A DNA stretch of 64,000 nt from Eledone cirrhosa (GCA_964016885.1 OZ024748.1:55924001-55988000), one strand, 5' to 3'; positions 28,211-43,253 are shown, counted from the first letter of the stretch. The notes: generated by a model not told the origin, from the letters alone. Made by a program: numbers and translations.

Positions 28211-28301
28211 CGTGTTACAAATGTTTCGCCGGCATATAGCTTGAGTCATGGTCCTTGTATGGATCTGGCTGATTCTACTTCTGCAGGTTCTTTCAGACAC
28301 G
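28211..28301 (-). ncRNA. Type I hammerhead with a one-base core insertion
   Basis: cgtgt-CTGAAAGA-acctgca...tgccggc-GAAA-catttg-TA-acacg, followed by AATAAA. Confidence 0.55.
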
Positions 28302-28963
28302 GGCGTTACGTCCGGAGCAAATTTTATCATTGGCGTGTTATCATCACAAAACACCCTCAAAAATCTCTATTTCCACTCTTGTCATGCCATTGGCTGTTTT
28401 TATTCCACGTCATCACAAGTTCTGGTCAGTATCTGCTGCCACACGGTTCTTCAACCATTTTCCGTCCGACACATTTCAATGGAGACATGCTAGGTTCAGT
28501 ACTTCACACATCTGCTCACACTTCAGGGTGAGCACCTACACATACTAAAATACACACATAAAAACACACACACACATGCAGACACATACCCATCTATGCC
28601 TAAACACGCGAGGCCTACATCGAAGTATATATACTCACACGCCGTCTCTCCTTCACCTACACGGACCCATTCACACCCACTTGTTGATACATACCGCCAC
28701 GAGCCTTCTGACGGTTGTTTACTTCGCGCTCTGTATCAATTGGGATAAGCATATCCTACTCAAACATACACTTATATACATACATACGCGCGCACATATA
28801 CATACGCTCAACCTTCTATACATTTAAATATATATATATATCCCTATATATATATATACACTCATAAACACACATATATACATACACACATACATCCACA
28901 TACTTACATATATACACACATGTCTATACATACGTATATATATATACACATATATACATACAT

Positions 28964-29007
<44 letters not shown>

Positions 29008-30238
29008 CTGTGTATACTCACACATGTCCTCACATACATAAGAATACACATACGTACATACAAATTATCTACACACTTACATACGCGCACACACATATAT
29101 ATATATTTATATAAATATATACATATATACACACAAAAGAAAAGAGACAACTTAACATACGTACGCACATCCACACATATACATACAAATACCCACGCAT
29201 AATCCGATATACCTACATCTACACATGCATACGCATACGTGTTGCCACATGCATACACCTGCACGCATGCATATCTGCCTACACACACATGTGCTACGAC
29301 ATATACATATATAAACACACCCGTAAATGAACAGTTAAAAATACATTATGCAATAAAAGCATAAAATGACGGTAAATTACCGTAACATAAACAAATATAC
29401 AATGTAATATAATATACAATATGACATATATATATATATATATATATATACCCCTATTATATACATATACATACACATACATATATTTACACACACACAC
29501 ACACACACGTACACAGACTCATACATACATATACGGATATATACGGATATATATAGAGGATATATATAGAGGATATGTGATAAAATAATACAACAAGAAT
29601 AATAGTAATAATAAAAAGCATATATAGTCCCTATATAACCATCCGCACACATTCCTATGAGATGCACATATACACAAACCTCTATGTACAAATACATATA
29701 CACACATATAGAGCACCGCATATGCATGCACCTGCACCCACATACACATCCACATATATACACTGACACACCCACTTATATATACGCACACTTACACACT
29801 CACACACATACACACCTACTCATGCGTGGTTATACGTACATACTCACACATGTATAGATAGACATATATATATATATATATGTATATGCTCCTATATAGA
29901 CACACATATACACATACCCACACACACATACACCCACATTCCCCCACATATGTATATATATATGCACATGTCTGCACATACAGGCGCGTATACGCTCGTG
30001 CACTCAACCACCCATGCCCATACACACACCCCAGCACCTACCCACGTATGTATATGCATATATACGCATCTACTCACATACACAGGCACATATACCCACA
30101 TACATGTCCACACATAAAAACACATGAACATAAACACAATATGATAATAAAATAAAATAAATAAATAAATTTACAATATTTTAGGGTACATTAAAATCTG
30201 TGTGTAACTGCATAAATAGGTACAAGAAAAGAAGGTGT

Positions 30239-30326
30239 AAAATAAAAAATAAAAAATAAAAAATAAAAAATAAAAAATAAAAAATAAAAAATAAAAAATA
30301 AAAAATAAAAAATAAAAAATAAAAAA
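30239..30326. repeat. (TAAAAAA)n heptamer array
   Basis: Visible directly. Confidence 0.9.
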
Positions 30327-30457
30327 CGGGGTGGTAGGTACAGGAGAAGGTGCGTGCGTTCATGCGATATACTACACTCAGGTATTATGAGATGCAAACT
30401 ATATATATATAAAATAAAATAAATAAGTCAAATGTTTAAAATTTGGCTTCGTTTATT

Positions 30458-30512
30458 ACTGCTATATATATTCCGTTGACAGCCATCTTTGGCTGTGACC
30501 TCTTCAGGTAGT
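30458..30512 (-). ncRNA. Hammerhead of the same family as 1747-1802 (GAAA>GGAA)
   Basis: actac-CTGAAGA-ggtcacagccaaagatggctgtcaac-GGAA-tatata-TA-gcagt-AATAAA. Confidence 0.65.
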
Positions 30513-30677
30513 ACGAATTAGTGTGGTAGAGACGAGTACATATGTTGTTAAGGTGTTTAACTTTGTCAATACTCTGATATGCCCAGTTCCTGGTTGGGTT
30601 GTTATTTCACAGAGTAACTGGAATCATACTGCAATCTGCTTACTGAGGTGTTGGTTTACAACCAACATATACTCAAA

Positions 30678-30731
<54 letters not shown>

Positions 30732-30789
30732 GTGTATAATTTATATAAGGCGACCAAGGCCATGGGACTGTCGATTAAATCAACCCGAG

Positions 30790-31132
30790 ATCATTACTGG
30801 TGCTTTACTTTATCGACTCCGTAAGTATGAATGGCACAGCTAAGCTCGGCAGTATTCGGATTCCGATCGTAAAGGGGCGTAGCCTTATACCATAAAGCTT
30901 GTCGTCCGACGCTCTACAGATAATGCCAATCCAATGCCCTTATATATATATATATGTGTATATATAATTATTTCTATTTTGGGGCAAGGCCAGCAATTAG
31001 CCAGTGTATTACTGGTACTTTATTTTATCGACCCCATAAGGATGAAAGGCAAAGTTAACCTCGGCTGGATTTGAACTCAGAATGGCAAGGGCCGTAACTC
31101 TATGCGCCAAAGCTCTACCGATACTGCCAATC

Positions 31133-31135
<3 letters not shown>
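30790..31135 (-). mobile_element. Two SINE S1 copies (30790-30940 diverged; 30968-31135)
   Basis: Reverse complement of the S1 consensus. Confidence 0.8.
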
Positions 31136-31220
<85 letters not shown>

Positions 31221-31791
31221 GTGTGTGTGTGTGTGTTCACTTAAAAGGGAACATAGAGAAGATCTGGAACGTAATCGACGCCCATGTAAATACAACAATA
31301 ATAGACTATATCTTTTTTAAAAAGGAGTCCGTGTGGTATACACCCTATATCCTATTATTTCAGACGAGCGGTGGAACCTTTACGATAACTATGCCGTGGT
31401 CATAAATTACAAGCTTTTAGAAGATTGCAAGCCTTTAGCAAGAAGCGGGTACAATCCCTTGTCCTATGTAACATTGTTAGTTGCTCAATACCTCACATGC
31501 AACATTGACTAGCATTTTCTCTTCAATGTTGCTTTTTGCTTCTATATAAAATACTATTTATAATTATCGCCTATTGTTTTAGGTAATTGAGTTGGGATTT
31601 CTATGTTTCTAATCCCTAATGCTAGATACCGATGTAAGTACATAAACATTTGTAAAACTGAAATGTTCGGAAACAGTTTGTAAAGGTCTTAAAGAAAATA
31701 CCATTTGTAAACTCCACTTCGTTTAGTCTCTCTCACCCTTTTTTTCTCTCGGTCTCTCTCTCCCCTCCCTCTCTCACACACGCACATATAA

Positions 31792-31869
<78 letters not shown>

Positions 31870-31920
31870 ATATTGGTGTGGTTGTGTGTCAATATAAATA
31901 TATGTACATATTTATATATA

Positions 31921-32072
31921 TAACGAAGGAGTTTTGGAAAGGAACGTGATGGACCATAACGTACCAGAGTACTCAATATGTAGGGTAGTAGAGTAGGTAA
32001 TAGGAGAATGTATGACCCCGAAATAGCCGTCGAAACGGCTTGAGCTCTGCTGTCGGAGTCATACATTTTCAT
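31921..32072 (-). mobile_element. Family A element with inversion at the predicted hammerhead cleavage site
   Basis: ...tatgaccccg|aaatagccgtcgaaacggcttgagctctgctgtcggagtcata. Confidence 0.65.
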
Positions 32073-32652
32073 ATATTTATATATATATATAATATATGCC
32101 AGTATGTATGTAATATATATCAGAATTTAAATATGAACTATCTGACTTCCTATCTATCTCTGTATCTCTGTTTATGATTCTCTCACTTATATAAATTTCC
32201 GAATTTATGTATAAAATTTATATAAATATATTTCTGATATTCTTTCTATATGAAACATATATATGCCAGGCTTTCCTCAAGAAGAGATATAATAGAAATA
32301 TAACAGAAATATATTTATATAAATTTTATATTGATATTCTCAAATTTATATATATTTATAATTATAAGAAAATACAATAAGGTATAAGAAAAGTAGCAAC
32401 TACATATCTTCCGGTTAGATAAATACTTATCAAAGAATAAATATAGAAAATAGAATAAAATTATCTTTGCTTCGTTAATTAATACCGGTAAAGTAATAAG
32501 ACGAGATTCATCTATCATCTATATTTCAGCGTAAGCATACCTCTAATTATGCTATTGCACGTAGCTATTTCGTATTGCTAATAACTTGCGGGAACCTAAG
32601 TTGGTAATGTAATGTGTTGTTGCTGTTGATGATGTTGTTGTTATTATTATTA

Positions 32653-32699
<47 letters not shown>

Positions 32700-33672
32700 A
32701 TTATCATTTATCTTGTTATCTCGCTCCGGTTGCAATTAGCGTCTTTTAAAGACTCCTTCCAGTAAGTATTCGATACGAAACAAACGATCCTTAATCAACA
32801 TTACATTAGTTTTCTGTTTAATTGTCTCGTTCGTGGAAAATACTCTTATATAGACACGCACACACGCATTACGTATTTGTGTTTATATATATATATATAT
32901 ATAAACGTATACATAAGCAGACAAGCACACACACACACACATACACACAAACATATATATCTATATCTATCTATCTATCTATCTATATATATTTTTTTTT
33001 GAGCCAAAAGATATATATATAGATCATTACAAATAGCGTCATATTTGAATAAATACTAATATAATCTCCGGACGATATTAGACCAGCCGACAGAGACGAA
33101 GAAATGCCTCTACAAATAATTTATTTGTAGGTATGTGTTAACCAAATCTGTGATTTAACATGTTCATTTGGAGCAGTTACAGAAAAAGAAAATATTATGT
33201 TTTTCAACTACTAATCAAATTTATATAAAGATATATAAATATATTTGTTTAGATCAGCTAAATAGGATATTGCGTTGCAATAATATCAACATAAAATGTT
33301 TTACGAAAATATATTTCAAAGATTCAGATTCCATGTATAACCTATATAGAAAATAGATCGAATATCAGATATATGCAAATCTGTATCTTATTTTGTTTAG
33401 CAGAATTTAATCGGCGGTACACACACTCATGTATAATCTTCTCTAAATAGTTTAAAACAAATGAAGATATCTATGTCTTATATGTCTTATTGAACCATGT
33501 TATGCACACGGAAATGGAAAATCTTAAATATACCCTATATCGTCCTCGTTAGGTTTTTAATATTTGAAATTGCTCGGTAGATGAAACACATAGAAATGAT
33601 GTATGGCTTCCTCCTCTATGGGGTGTTGTGTGTGAGTGTATGTAAGTGTGCACGCGCAAACGCATGTAAACC

Positions 33673-33710
<38 letters not shown>

Positions 33711-33959
33711 CAATAAGTTATTTAATCTGCTCGATGTTCAACAAATTTAGTCATAACAGATTAAAAGCACTCAACAGATGTTTTCTTCTTGAGTATAATA
33801 TCAATAATATTAATAAATAGAAGCTATCTTTCTATTCAAATAGAACTCACAACGTTAAGCTCTTGTCTGAAAATGTCACTATCTATGAACCAATTTTTGT
33901 ATTTTATCTGATGAGAGTTTACCAACATGGTAAAGATAGCTTCCATTTATTATTATTAT

Positions 33960-34030
<71 letters not shown>

Positions 34031-34208
34031 AAAATGAGTTTTTATGAAAATAAATATGAGATGTCCTACACCAGTAAAGGTATAAGGAAAAGAAATCGAA
34101 CATACGACTGAAGTCTTTTAAAGAATATGTATTTGTTTCCTTTACCGGTTTCACCGTTCTTATGCTTTTCAAAAGTAGAATTGAGAGGGGGGTTTGTTGT
34201 TTTTCTCG

Positions 34209-34274
<66 letters not shown>

Positions 34275-34275
34275 C

Positions 34276-35252
34276 ACATACACCAATTAAACAAAGTCAC
34301 AGATATATATTTGTGCTCTGGCCACCATTCACGATGTGGCTCAATGAAGAATTAATAAATTAAATAATCGGAGCAAAATACTATAAAGTAAAGCATGTCC
34401 ATAGAATTATTTGATAATATCTATACATCATTTCTTCTCCCAATTAGCATAATTAACCACACAAAAAATCAATTAGACCAGGCTATAAGGTTAAAAGGCA
34501 CCTATGAAGAAACAGTAAATAAATATACGATAGCAGCGTCTTCGCGGCCAACCGCTGTAGAATATCTACCAAATATTTCAACAGCACGTGGAAATTAATT
34601 AAATATACGCTCAACCATACACAATTAGGTATAAAATTAAAGTTAGAAATGCTTATATACATTCCAGCATTAAATCACTAAATCCCGACCCATGGGTTTC
34701 GTTCTCATTTTGAGATATCCTATTAAGGATAAATCTCGAGTTTCGAACTCTTCAGGGGATAAACACGGTAGGAAAGATTTTTTTTTGAAGTGGCCCCCGC
34801 CAAACACGAATTCAAAATAGCTGAGAACTGTGACATGGCAGTGATCAAGTCAGAAAGAGTGTGATAGGTTGCTTACGGCGAATGGGTTGGTTGCTAGAAA
34901 GCGCAGCCCAATATCGCCCAAATTGTGTCTCAACCTTACGGGAGATTATTAAATATAAATATTTACACATACACTAATTAAACAAAGTCACAGATATATA
35001 TGTGTTTTGGCAAGCATTCACGATGTGGCTCAATGAAGAATTAATAAATTAAATAATCAGAGCAAAATACTATAAAGTAAAGCATGTCCATAGAATTATT
35101 TGATAATATCGTATATTTATTTAATGTTTCTTCATAGGTGCCTTTTAATCTTATAGCCAGGTCTAATTGAATTTTTGTGTGGTTAATTATGCTAATTGGG
35201 AGAAGAAATGATGTATATATATTATCAAATAATTCTATGGACATGCTTTACT

Positions 35253-35257
<5 letters not shown>
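34276..35257 (-). mobile_element. ~690-bp terminally redundant hammerhead-bearing unit with a 5' inversion (retrozyme/PLE pLTR-like)
   Basis: Direct repeats ~34276-34421 and ~34966-35110; ~35105-35257 is the reverse complement of ~34382-34532; (TA)n on both sides. Confidence 0.7.
34682..34760 (-). ncRNA. Canonical type I hammerhead ribozyme
   Basis: atccc-CTGAAGA-gttc...gaac-GAAA-cccatggg-TC-gggat. All three stems pair, GUC cleavage triplet, G-C pair closing stem II. Confidence 0.9.
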
Positions 35258-35301
<44 letters not shown>

Positions 35302-36863
35302 CTGTGTATGTATAATATATATACTTTAAATATTGAAGTATCGAGTACGCCTGAAGTTTCAAAATGTAATCTGAGTCGATTGTCATAAATGATGACTAAG
35401 GAAATCGTGTAAACATCCCTATAGACTGAAGAAAATGTAATCATCAGCGGCTTTGGATTATTGAATTCTATATCCCTCAAATACTGGTTGAGCGCTCTAA
35501 ACCATAGCGATTACTGGTCACATTTATTCATCCAGAAGGATATTTTACCTGATTTTCTAAGTTATAATTTATAGCAATAGACTGTGCAAACAGTCATTTT
35601 CTACGTTTGGGATTTCTATATATTCTACGAGGATATATATACACACATAAACTCAAACACACACATATATATATATATATTGATGTACGTGATTTTTGTA
35701 TGAGAGCATATATATGTGTGTTTGTTTCTATAAGTGAACACGTGCATGGCTGTGTAGTTATGCCTATAAGAGTATGTGTGCGCACATTTACCTAGGTCAA
35801 TGATAACAATGACCACCTTAATTACAATCGTTGCTTTTCTTTTATATTTCATATATTCAATATATTTATTATCATTTTCTTTTAAATTGATTTTCTATAC
35901 AATTTTCTATTGAAATAACTATAAAGGGTCGCATCTAGGTTTTATCCATTATATATCATGAGCGAAATATAGATTTAACGTGTTTGAAATGTTCAGTTAT
36001 ATATACATATTTTTTTTTTTACTTTTAAATTTGCTATCAATCTTTTTTTTAGTTATTTACATTATTTCTTCTATTTTATTTTTGGATTACACTAAGTGAA
36101 AACAAAATATGCTTCATATGATACCTAATATTTTCATATCACTATTTCAGTTTTATTATATTGGAATATATTTATACATATTTGGTCTTGTTACTACGCT
36201 TCTCTGAACCCCTTTGAACCATAATGAATTCAAAATTATGATTCTTTCAACGTCTTTGTCACTCATGAGGTAGTGGGGTTGTGTTTGTAGAAAGAGACAG
36301 AAAGAGAGGCAGTGAGATATAATGTGACAAATATGGTGAAAGAATCATAATACTCTATCACACTCTCTCTATATAAATCTTTCTATCTCTCTCACAGAAT
36401 TATTTTAATACTGGAATATTGATCTGCATTATACATGTATTTAACTATATATAACACACTAGGGTATGCAGAAATTATACTCAGTTATAATTGTATATAA
36501 ATATAAGTGACAGAGAGAGCGTAAGGGCATGACTTACAGGAACACAGCTAGAGTGAAAAGCAGTCTATGGAGGTTAAGTGTTATAAGGGGCGAAAAAACA
36601 CGAGTATTTGCACATACTATATGAATACCTACATATATTTATGTAAACAGAATCATACATATACTTAAACAATTTAATTTCATGTAGAGCCAAACGAATA
36701 TCACTCTATTTGGATGTGTGCAGATCTAAATATTTACCAGCTATTAAATTAGTATCTATTATATTTCAGCTGTATTGTATTGGCGTACACACACATATAT
36801 GCACACACACATACAAACACACACACACTCATACACACATGTTAATATATATATATATATATA

Positions 36864-36902
<39 letters not shown>

Positions 36903-37289
36903 TTTACTTTTATCATATGTGACTCAGATACTTTATTTGAAGTTTCTACTATAATGCATTTGTCAATTCAAATTCTCTTTGAAAATTAATATCTCTTTGG
37001 ATTTCATCCCGGAATGTCTAAAAAACAAACGATGTAGGGGGTGGATGGGATCAGAGATATAAGAAACATTTTTAATAAAGCATCTGAGGGCACTTTTACA
37101 TGAAATGCCTTTTTACATGTTGGATGTTCAGAAAAATAAAAACGTTCAACAAAATACGTTTTTATATATATTTCACTTCCTACACACAATCACCCTCCTC
37201 TATCTGTCCCCCACACTCTCTCTCTCTCACACACACACACACACATATATATCTTTATATATATATATATATACATATTATGATAGTCC

Positions 37290-37346
<57 letters not shown>

Positions 37347-37366
37347 ACTCTCTCTCTATCCCACAG

Positions 37367-37479
<113 letters not shown>

Positions 37480-37585
37480 GATAGTCTATGTCTCTCTCTC
37501 TCTCCCACACTTACATATATATATATATTTATATATATACATATTATGATAGTCTCTATCTCTCTCACGCTCTCTCTCTACACAC

Positions 37586-38208
37586 ATGTGTTTGTGTGTA
37601 TGTGTCTGTACACATGTGGATGTGTTGTGCAGGTGCTCCTTTCTTCCTTTTGCTCTCTTCCTCAACCTACAGGTTTATAACCAGGGAAGGCCCAATCTCT
37701 CGGGCAATTTTCGCTTCATTCACCCACCTTTCAGTAAATTTACTGGGGTGCAGTGCCTCTCTCTCCACCACGATTCTCCTTCTAAAGTGATACTTAAAGA
37801 AGGGAATCAATTGTTGTCCGGAGAGAAATGCATCTGTCCTCAGTCCTCTCAACCTCGTCCACCATATAACTTTCACCATAGCCACCGGACAGAGGAAAAC
37901 CGCCTCTCTTTCGTTTTTGAAAGAGGCTGGCGGTTTGATCCTTACTATGAACTCGGCAGTCAACTGGATTTGTCCCATACGCGACAGCAGTTGTTCTGCA
38001 TAGTTCCACAGGTCGGTTACGCCCGGGCAGTGTACAATTGCGTGCAGGACTGTTTCAATGTCCTGCGCGCATCTTGGACACGTCCTCTTGGAAGCATCCC
38101 TACCGGGGCGTCCGTGCCTGTAGATCTTGTCACGAACCGGTAGATCTCCTCCGTAGCACTGCCAGGCCAGGGACCTCTGGAAGTTGTCCATCGGTCCCGG
38201 GCGGAAGA
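37586..38208 (-). mobile_element. L1/Tx1-type LINE 3' fragment (zf-RVT zinc knuckle, ORF 37667-38191) with 3' UTR
   Basis: LAW...LPVRDK....CPRC..ETVLHAIVHCP...LW pattern (CX2C..H...C) typical of L1/Tx1 ORF2 C-termini; 3' end runs into microsatellites. Confidence 0.85.
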
Positions 38209-38345
38209 TGTGTGTTAATATATAGATAGATAGTTTGCGGTTTATAACAATGAAACGTTCTTATCGAGAATCCAATGATTCACCTTGTCACCTTGTTGTA
38301 CTCCGAGTTTATCGCCTTTATGTGTCATGAATATCTGAACTAAAG

Positions 38346-38410
<65 letters not shown>

Positions 38411-38675
38411 GCACACATATATATACATATAAAATAACAGATTAAAGTTTAAGATTAACCTTTTTCGAGCCCTCTTTGGATTTTAGTCTTCAAATTTATT
38501 ATTATTACTATATATATATATATTTATTAAAATAGGGTGTGTGTATATGTGTACTTTATGTTTTGGTCGACGTACATCTGCGAACATATGTGTATTTACA
38601 TGTAGGTATGTGAGTGCGCGCGTTATATACGTATTTATTTATTTATATACGTTTATTTAATTATATGTATACACG

Positions 38676-38718
<43 letters not shown>

Positions 38719-38984
38719 TTATTTTTATGTGTATTTGGTGTATACGTTCGTATGTGCGCGGGTACAGGCGTTGCGTGGGTTCTGTATGTCTGTGCTGGTT
38801 TTTTTCTGTACGTGCTTGTATTTGTATACCTATGGCGAGTGTTTTCCCGTATGCTTGTGTATATAGGTATATGGATGCGTGTGTGTATTTATTTAATTTC
38901 AATTACCTCTGTATTTTATTTACTTTATTTACTCTGAAGCCGAGAATCATTCGGTTTCCTAGTTAGCATTTTAGTCTATCACTT

Positions 38985-39445
38985 CATTTATACCATTTAC
39001 GTGGTTTTGTCTTTGCGTGCAATTGTTCTCCCCGCACCACATATGACGTATTATCTTCGTTTTTTTCGTTCATTGCCAGAGAACGACTTCATTTATACCA
39101 TACACGTGGTTTTGTCTTTGCGTGTAATTGTTTTCACCGCTCCAAATAATGACGTATTATATTCGTTTTTTTCCTGTTCTTTGCCAGGGAACGTTTCCAC
39201 GAACCAGAGTATCGTGTTCCTGTCTTCCTCCGGTTGCAACGTTTTTTTAAATATTTACTTCTGCGTTCACATATTGACTTTTTTAGTTTCAGAAGATCCC
39301 GTTAAGGGTGAAAGCAGCGATTCTTTGCTTAAACTTTAATCTGTTATTTCAATAAATATTTGCTCTACGGTTCTCATATATTGGATATATATTTATTCTT
39401 ATCGAGCCCTCTTTGGATTTTAGTGTTCACATTTATTATTACTAT
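38985..39445 (+). mobile_element. Family B element (longest plus-strand copy)
   Basis: Two ~105-bp subrepeats, variant hammerhead at 39285-39335, AATAAA, ends in ttattattac + TA. Confidence 0.75.
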
Positions 39446-39451
39446 ATATTA

Positions 39452-39600
39452 CTGGAAGAGGTAGACCAAGGTTAACGTATGTTGATGCCCAAAGGACAGA
39501 CACTGGTCTGTTGGAGACGAATGACATGGCAGCGATAATGAGGGACAGAGACCGCTGGAGAGAACTCATCCATGGATCTTGAGAATTTTACCCGCCCTAG
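39452..39600 (+). mobile_element. RTE-type LINE extreme 3' end (same family as 8281-8588)
   Basis: agaccaaggttaacgtatgttgatgccc...gaattttacccgcccta matches 8451-8588. Confidence 0.85.
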
Positions 39601-39621
39601 ATATATATATATATATATTAT

Positions 39622-39679
<58 letters not shown>

Positions 39680-39680
<1 letters not shown>

Positions 39681-40581
39681 AATACATAATCGGAGAAAGC
39701 TAATAGCGATACTCCGGCCAAATTCCAACTTACTCAAAAATCATTAGGAAATACCTGAGTATATTCCTAATTAAACGTTCGAGATGCTAACTAATTGTAT
39801 TGTGTGGAAAATTGGCTGTATCATTTCATATGAGATGTATCAAATATATCTCTTCCTAGACGGACGTCTCGTTTCATTATAAGATTTCTACAAGTTGGGT
39901 AAAACTATAACAATTTATGTAGAAGCTTGTATAAGATCAACAGATAATTATTCAAGTGGGCTCTTATAATTTTTCAGTGGGTGCCCAACAATATTAATAT
40001 TGATAACCAAATCAACATCAATATTTAGCGATAATCACCATCAGTGCTTGAGGGAGCTGCTAGGTTGTAAGTCCAGCAGTTCTAAACAAAATCTCACACT
40101 GTCTCGAAAATAGAAGGAAGGAGGCTACCGCCAAAAACAATACATGCGCAGGTCAATGAATTCTGAAAAGAATTCAAGCCACGTGATAAAACTCAATTGG
40201 ATTTGAAAAAATAACCAAATGTGCGCATCGCTGGATGATACACATAGATATTTTCTCGGGCAAAATAACCGATTGAGATACAAGAACAGACAATCAATAT
40301 TCACATTAAAAAAATAAACAATGAGAGTCATACCTTATATCGGAAAGTTCATATCCGTTGCACCAAGAGTAAATATATAAATACATAATTGGAGAAAGCT
40401 AATAGCGATACTCCGGACAAATTCCAACTCACTCAACAAACATTAGGAAATACCTGAGTATATTCCCAATTAAACGTTCGTGGTAATAACTAATTGTACT
40501 GTGTGGAAAATTGGCTGTTTCATTTCATATGAGATATATCAAACGTCTCGTTTCTTTATAAGATTTCTAGAAGTTCGGTGA
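39680..40581. mobile_element. ~700-bp unit with ~200-bp terminal direct repeats between (TA)n tracts
   Basis: 39680-39900 repeats at 40380-40580 (aatacataat(c/t)ggagaaagctaatagcgatactccgg...). Confidence 0.65.
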
Positions 40582-40599
40582 TATATATATATATATGTA

Positions 40600-40805
40600 T
40601 ATGAAAAGATTCAGGTCCCCGACGGCTGGGCTGCGGCCGTTTACTCAGCTAGATCCCAACCCATTGCAGATTTTACTGTCGAAACTACCGGAGCTCAGCT
40701 GTCGGGGTCCTGAATCTTTTCAGATTACCCACTCTACTACCCGAAGTATCGAGTACTCTGGTAGGTTATGGTCCACCTGGTATTTTACCATACACTTTCT
40801 GATAT
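40600..40805 (+). mobile_element. Diverged family A fold-back element
   Basis: aaagattcaggtccccgacggctg...cagctgtcggggtcctgaatcttt, then the family A tail. Confidence 0.65.
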
Positions 40806-40817
40806 ACAGTATATATA

Positions 40818-41020
40818 TATTTATTAAAATAACAGATTAAAGTTTAAGCAAAGAATCGCTGCTTTCACCCTTAACGGGATCTTCTGAAGGGTGAAAGTAG
40901 CGATTCTTTGCTTAAACTTTAATCTGTTATTTTAATAAATATTTGGTCTAGGGTTCGTATATATTTGATATATATTTATCCTTATCGAGCCCTCTTTGAA
41001 TTTGTTTTTCAAGTTTTATT
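40818..41020. mobile_element. Family B fold-back element turning at the hammerhead-like core
   Basis: Arms ~40818-40872/40887-40945 around acgggatcttctg. Confidence 0.7.
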
Positions 41021-41048
41021 GACTGTATGACCCACCCAAAGTATAACA

Positions 41049-41096
<48 letters not shown>

Positions 41097-41817
41097 TATA
41101 TATATATATATATAAGTGTATGTATGTTTGTGTTTAGAAGTATAATTTCTTTGTAACAACTACTTCAAATGTTTTAAAGTATTTGTACTTTAATATTTAT
41201 ACAGTCTTTGTGGATATCTTACACGACACTTCATGAATATGTTGACACTTCTATTACATTGAAAATTCAATCGCTAATCATTACACAATTATCTATTCCA
41301 TGTCTGAAACGAATCATTCATTACGAGTATGAAACTCTAATACCCCATTCATAAATTTGGAATGAAAAACCGAATCGAGTTAAACTATAAAAGGTTTGCC
41401 TTGGCAAAAAGCCAACAGTTAAAAAAAACATTAGGGGCCAAGGATAGTGGAAATTTCTAACGTATCTTCACGTAACCCATTAAACATACACTTGTTTCTA
41501 CCCATGAAATATATCTATTTTTGCATCTTCAAAATTGTGTTGGCCTCGCCGATTGTATATTACATTAATATGTTTTCGGAATGGAAAAACTAAACCACAA
41601 ATAAAACTACTTTCCAGCATGTCCAAACCGTTTTTATGACAATTCAAATACAGTAACCATTATTATTTCAATATTTGGCGTTCTTTAAATTTAAATTTGA
41701 AACAAAGAAACCTGTGCAGAAGGAGTTTGGTCTGTGATGCTAGGCCCAAATCAATCTCAACGTAGATAAAAAAGGGAAATAAATGTTCGCAAAAAATCAC
41801 ATTTGTGCATCTGTGCG

Positions 41818-41883
<66 letters not shown>

Positions 41884-42411
41884 ACATCTATATATATATA
41901 TATAAATATGTGTGTATATAAATATGTGTTTATATAAATATGTGTTTATATATATAGGTGTATATTTGTGTGTGGAAGTGTGTATGCATGTATGTATATA
42001 TATATATACATATACATGAGAGTGATTGAGATTCAGTCGTGTGTGTATGTGTGAGTTTGTGTATGTGAAAGATTTTGAGAAGCAGGAACTATATTTAATT
42101 GGGACTGTCCTAGGGGGTTCTTCAGAGCATTGACAAAGAATATAGAAACGGCAAGTGATGCTCTGTTGGAAATGTAAATTTACACCTAAAAACCACTCAC
42201 TAATATATGAGACAAGAATTTGCTACCCGTTCAATCAACCTTTTTGCAGATTATTTGTATCTTAAGGTATATAATGTATTTCTTTAGTTTTTTCTTTTAA
42301 TATATAAAAAATACACACATACAGTGGACGCCCAGCCATTTATATACATATATATATAGACGCCAGCATACATACATGTAAATGTATGTATGTATATATC
42401 TATAGACCCAA

Positions 42412-42442
<31 letters not shown>

Positions 42443-43089
42443 CCTCCACCAAACACACACATATACATATAAATATATATACATATGTATATATATAATC
42501 CCCCACCACACGCACCTATACATATAAATATATATACATATGTATATATATATATATATATAAATATATATATATATAATTTTTTTTTTCAGTAGGCAAA
42601 AGAGGGAGGAAAAAAATCGCGTGTCAGGGAGTGGATTCGCGTTTCTGATTTAATGAATGTCGTGAGTGTTTTGTGGGGAATGTCATAATATAAAAAAAAT
42701 GTATGAATAAATAAAGTGAAATACGTCATCTGAGATCACGGTCAGAGTGAATATAAAGTTAAAAGCAATTAAGATAAAGATGCGTGATATTGACGTTATT
42801 GACGATAATAATGAAGATGTTCATGATGATGATGATGATGCCTACCATGATGATGATAAATATATCTATGACGATGATTATGGCAATGATTATGTTTATA
42901 ATGATGTTGTTCATGGTGATGTAGGTTATGATTAAGATGAACATTATCATCTTAAGGATGGTGTTGAGTATGAAGAGGATAGTTATGTTGAAGATGATGA
43001 TGATGAAGCTGATGTTGATGATGGCAACGATGAAGATGATGTAGAGGAGAATGGCGGTTATAGTGAGGTTAATGATGCTGATATATATA

Positions 43090-43253
43090 ATTCTTTCTAC
43101 TTTGGGCGCAAGGCCAGAAATTATCCCAGTACGTTACGATGATATATAATAGTTTCTACTTTTTAGCACAAGGCCAGCAATTCACCAGTACATTACTGGT
43201 ACTTTATTTTATTGAGCCCGTAAGGATGAAAGGCAAAGTTAACCTCGGCAGGA
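43090..43253 (-). mobile_element. SINE S1 3' fragments (duplicated tail)
   Basis: Reverse complement of the S1 core and tail. Confidence 0.75.

Noticed and set aside
42747-43080. Asp-rich ORF
   Set aside because: Degenerate (GAT)n low-complexity tract with stops.
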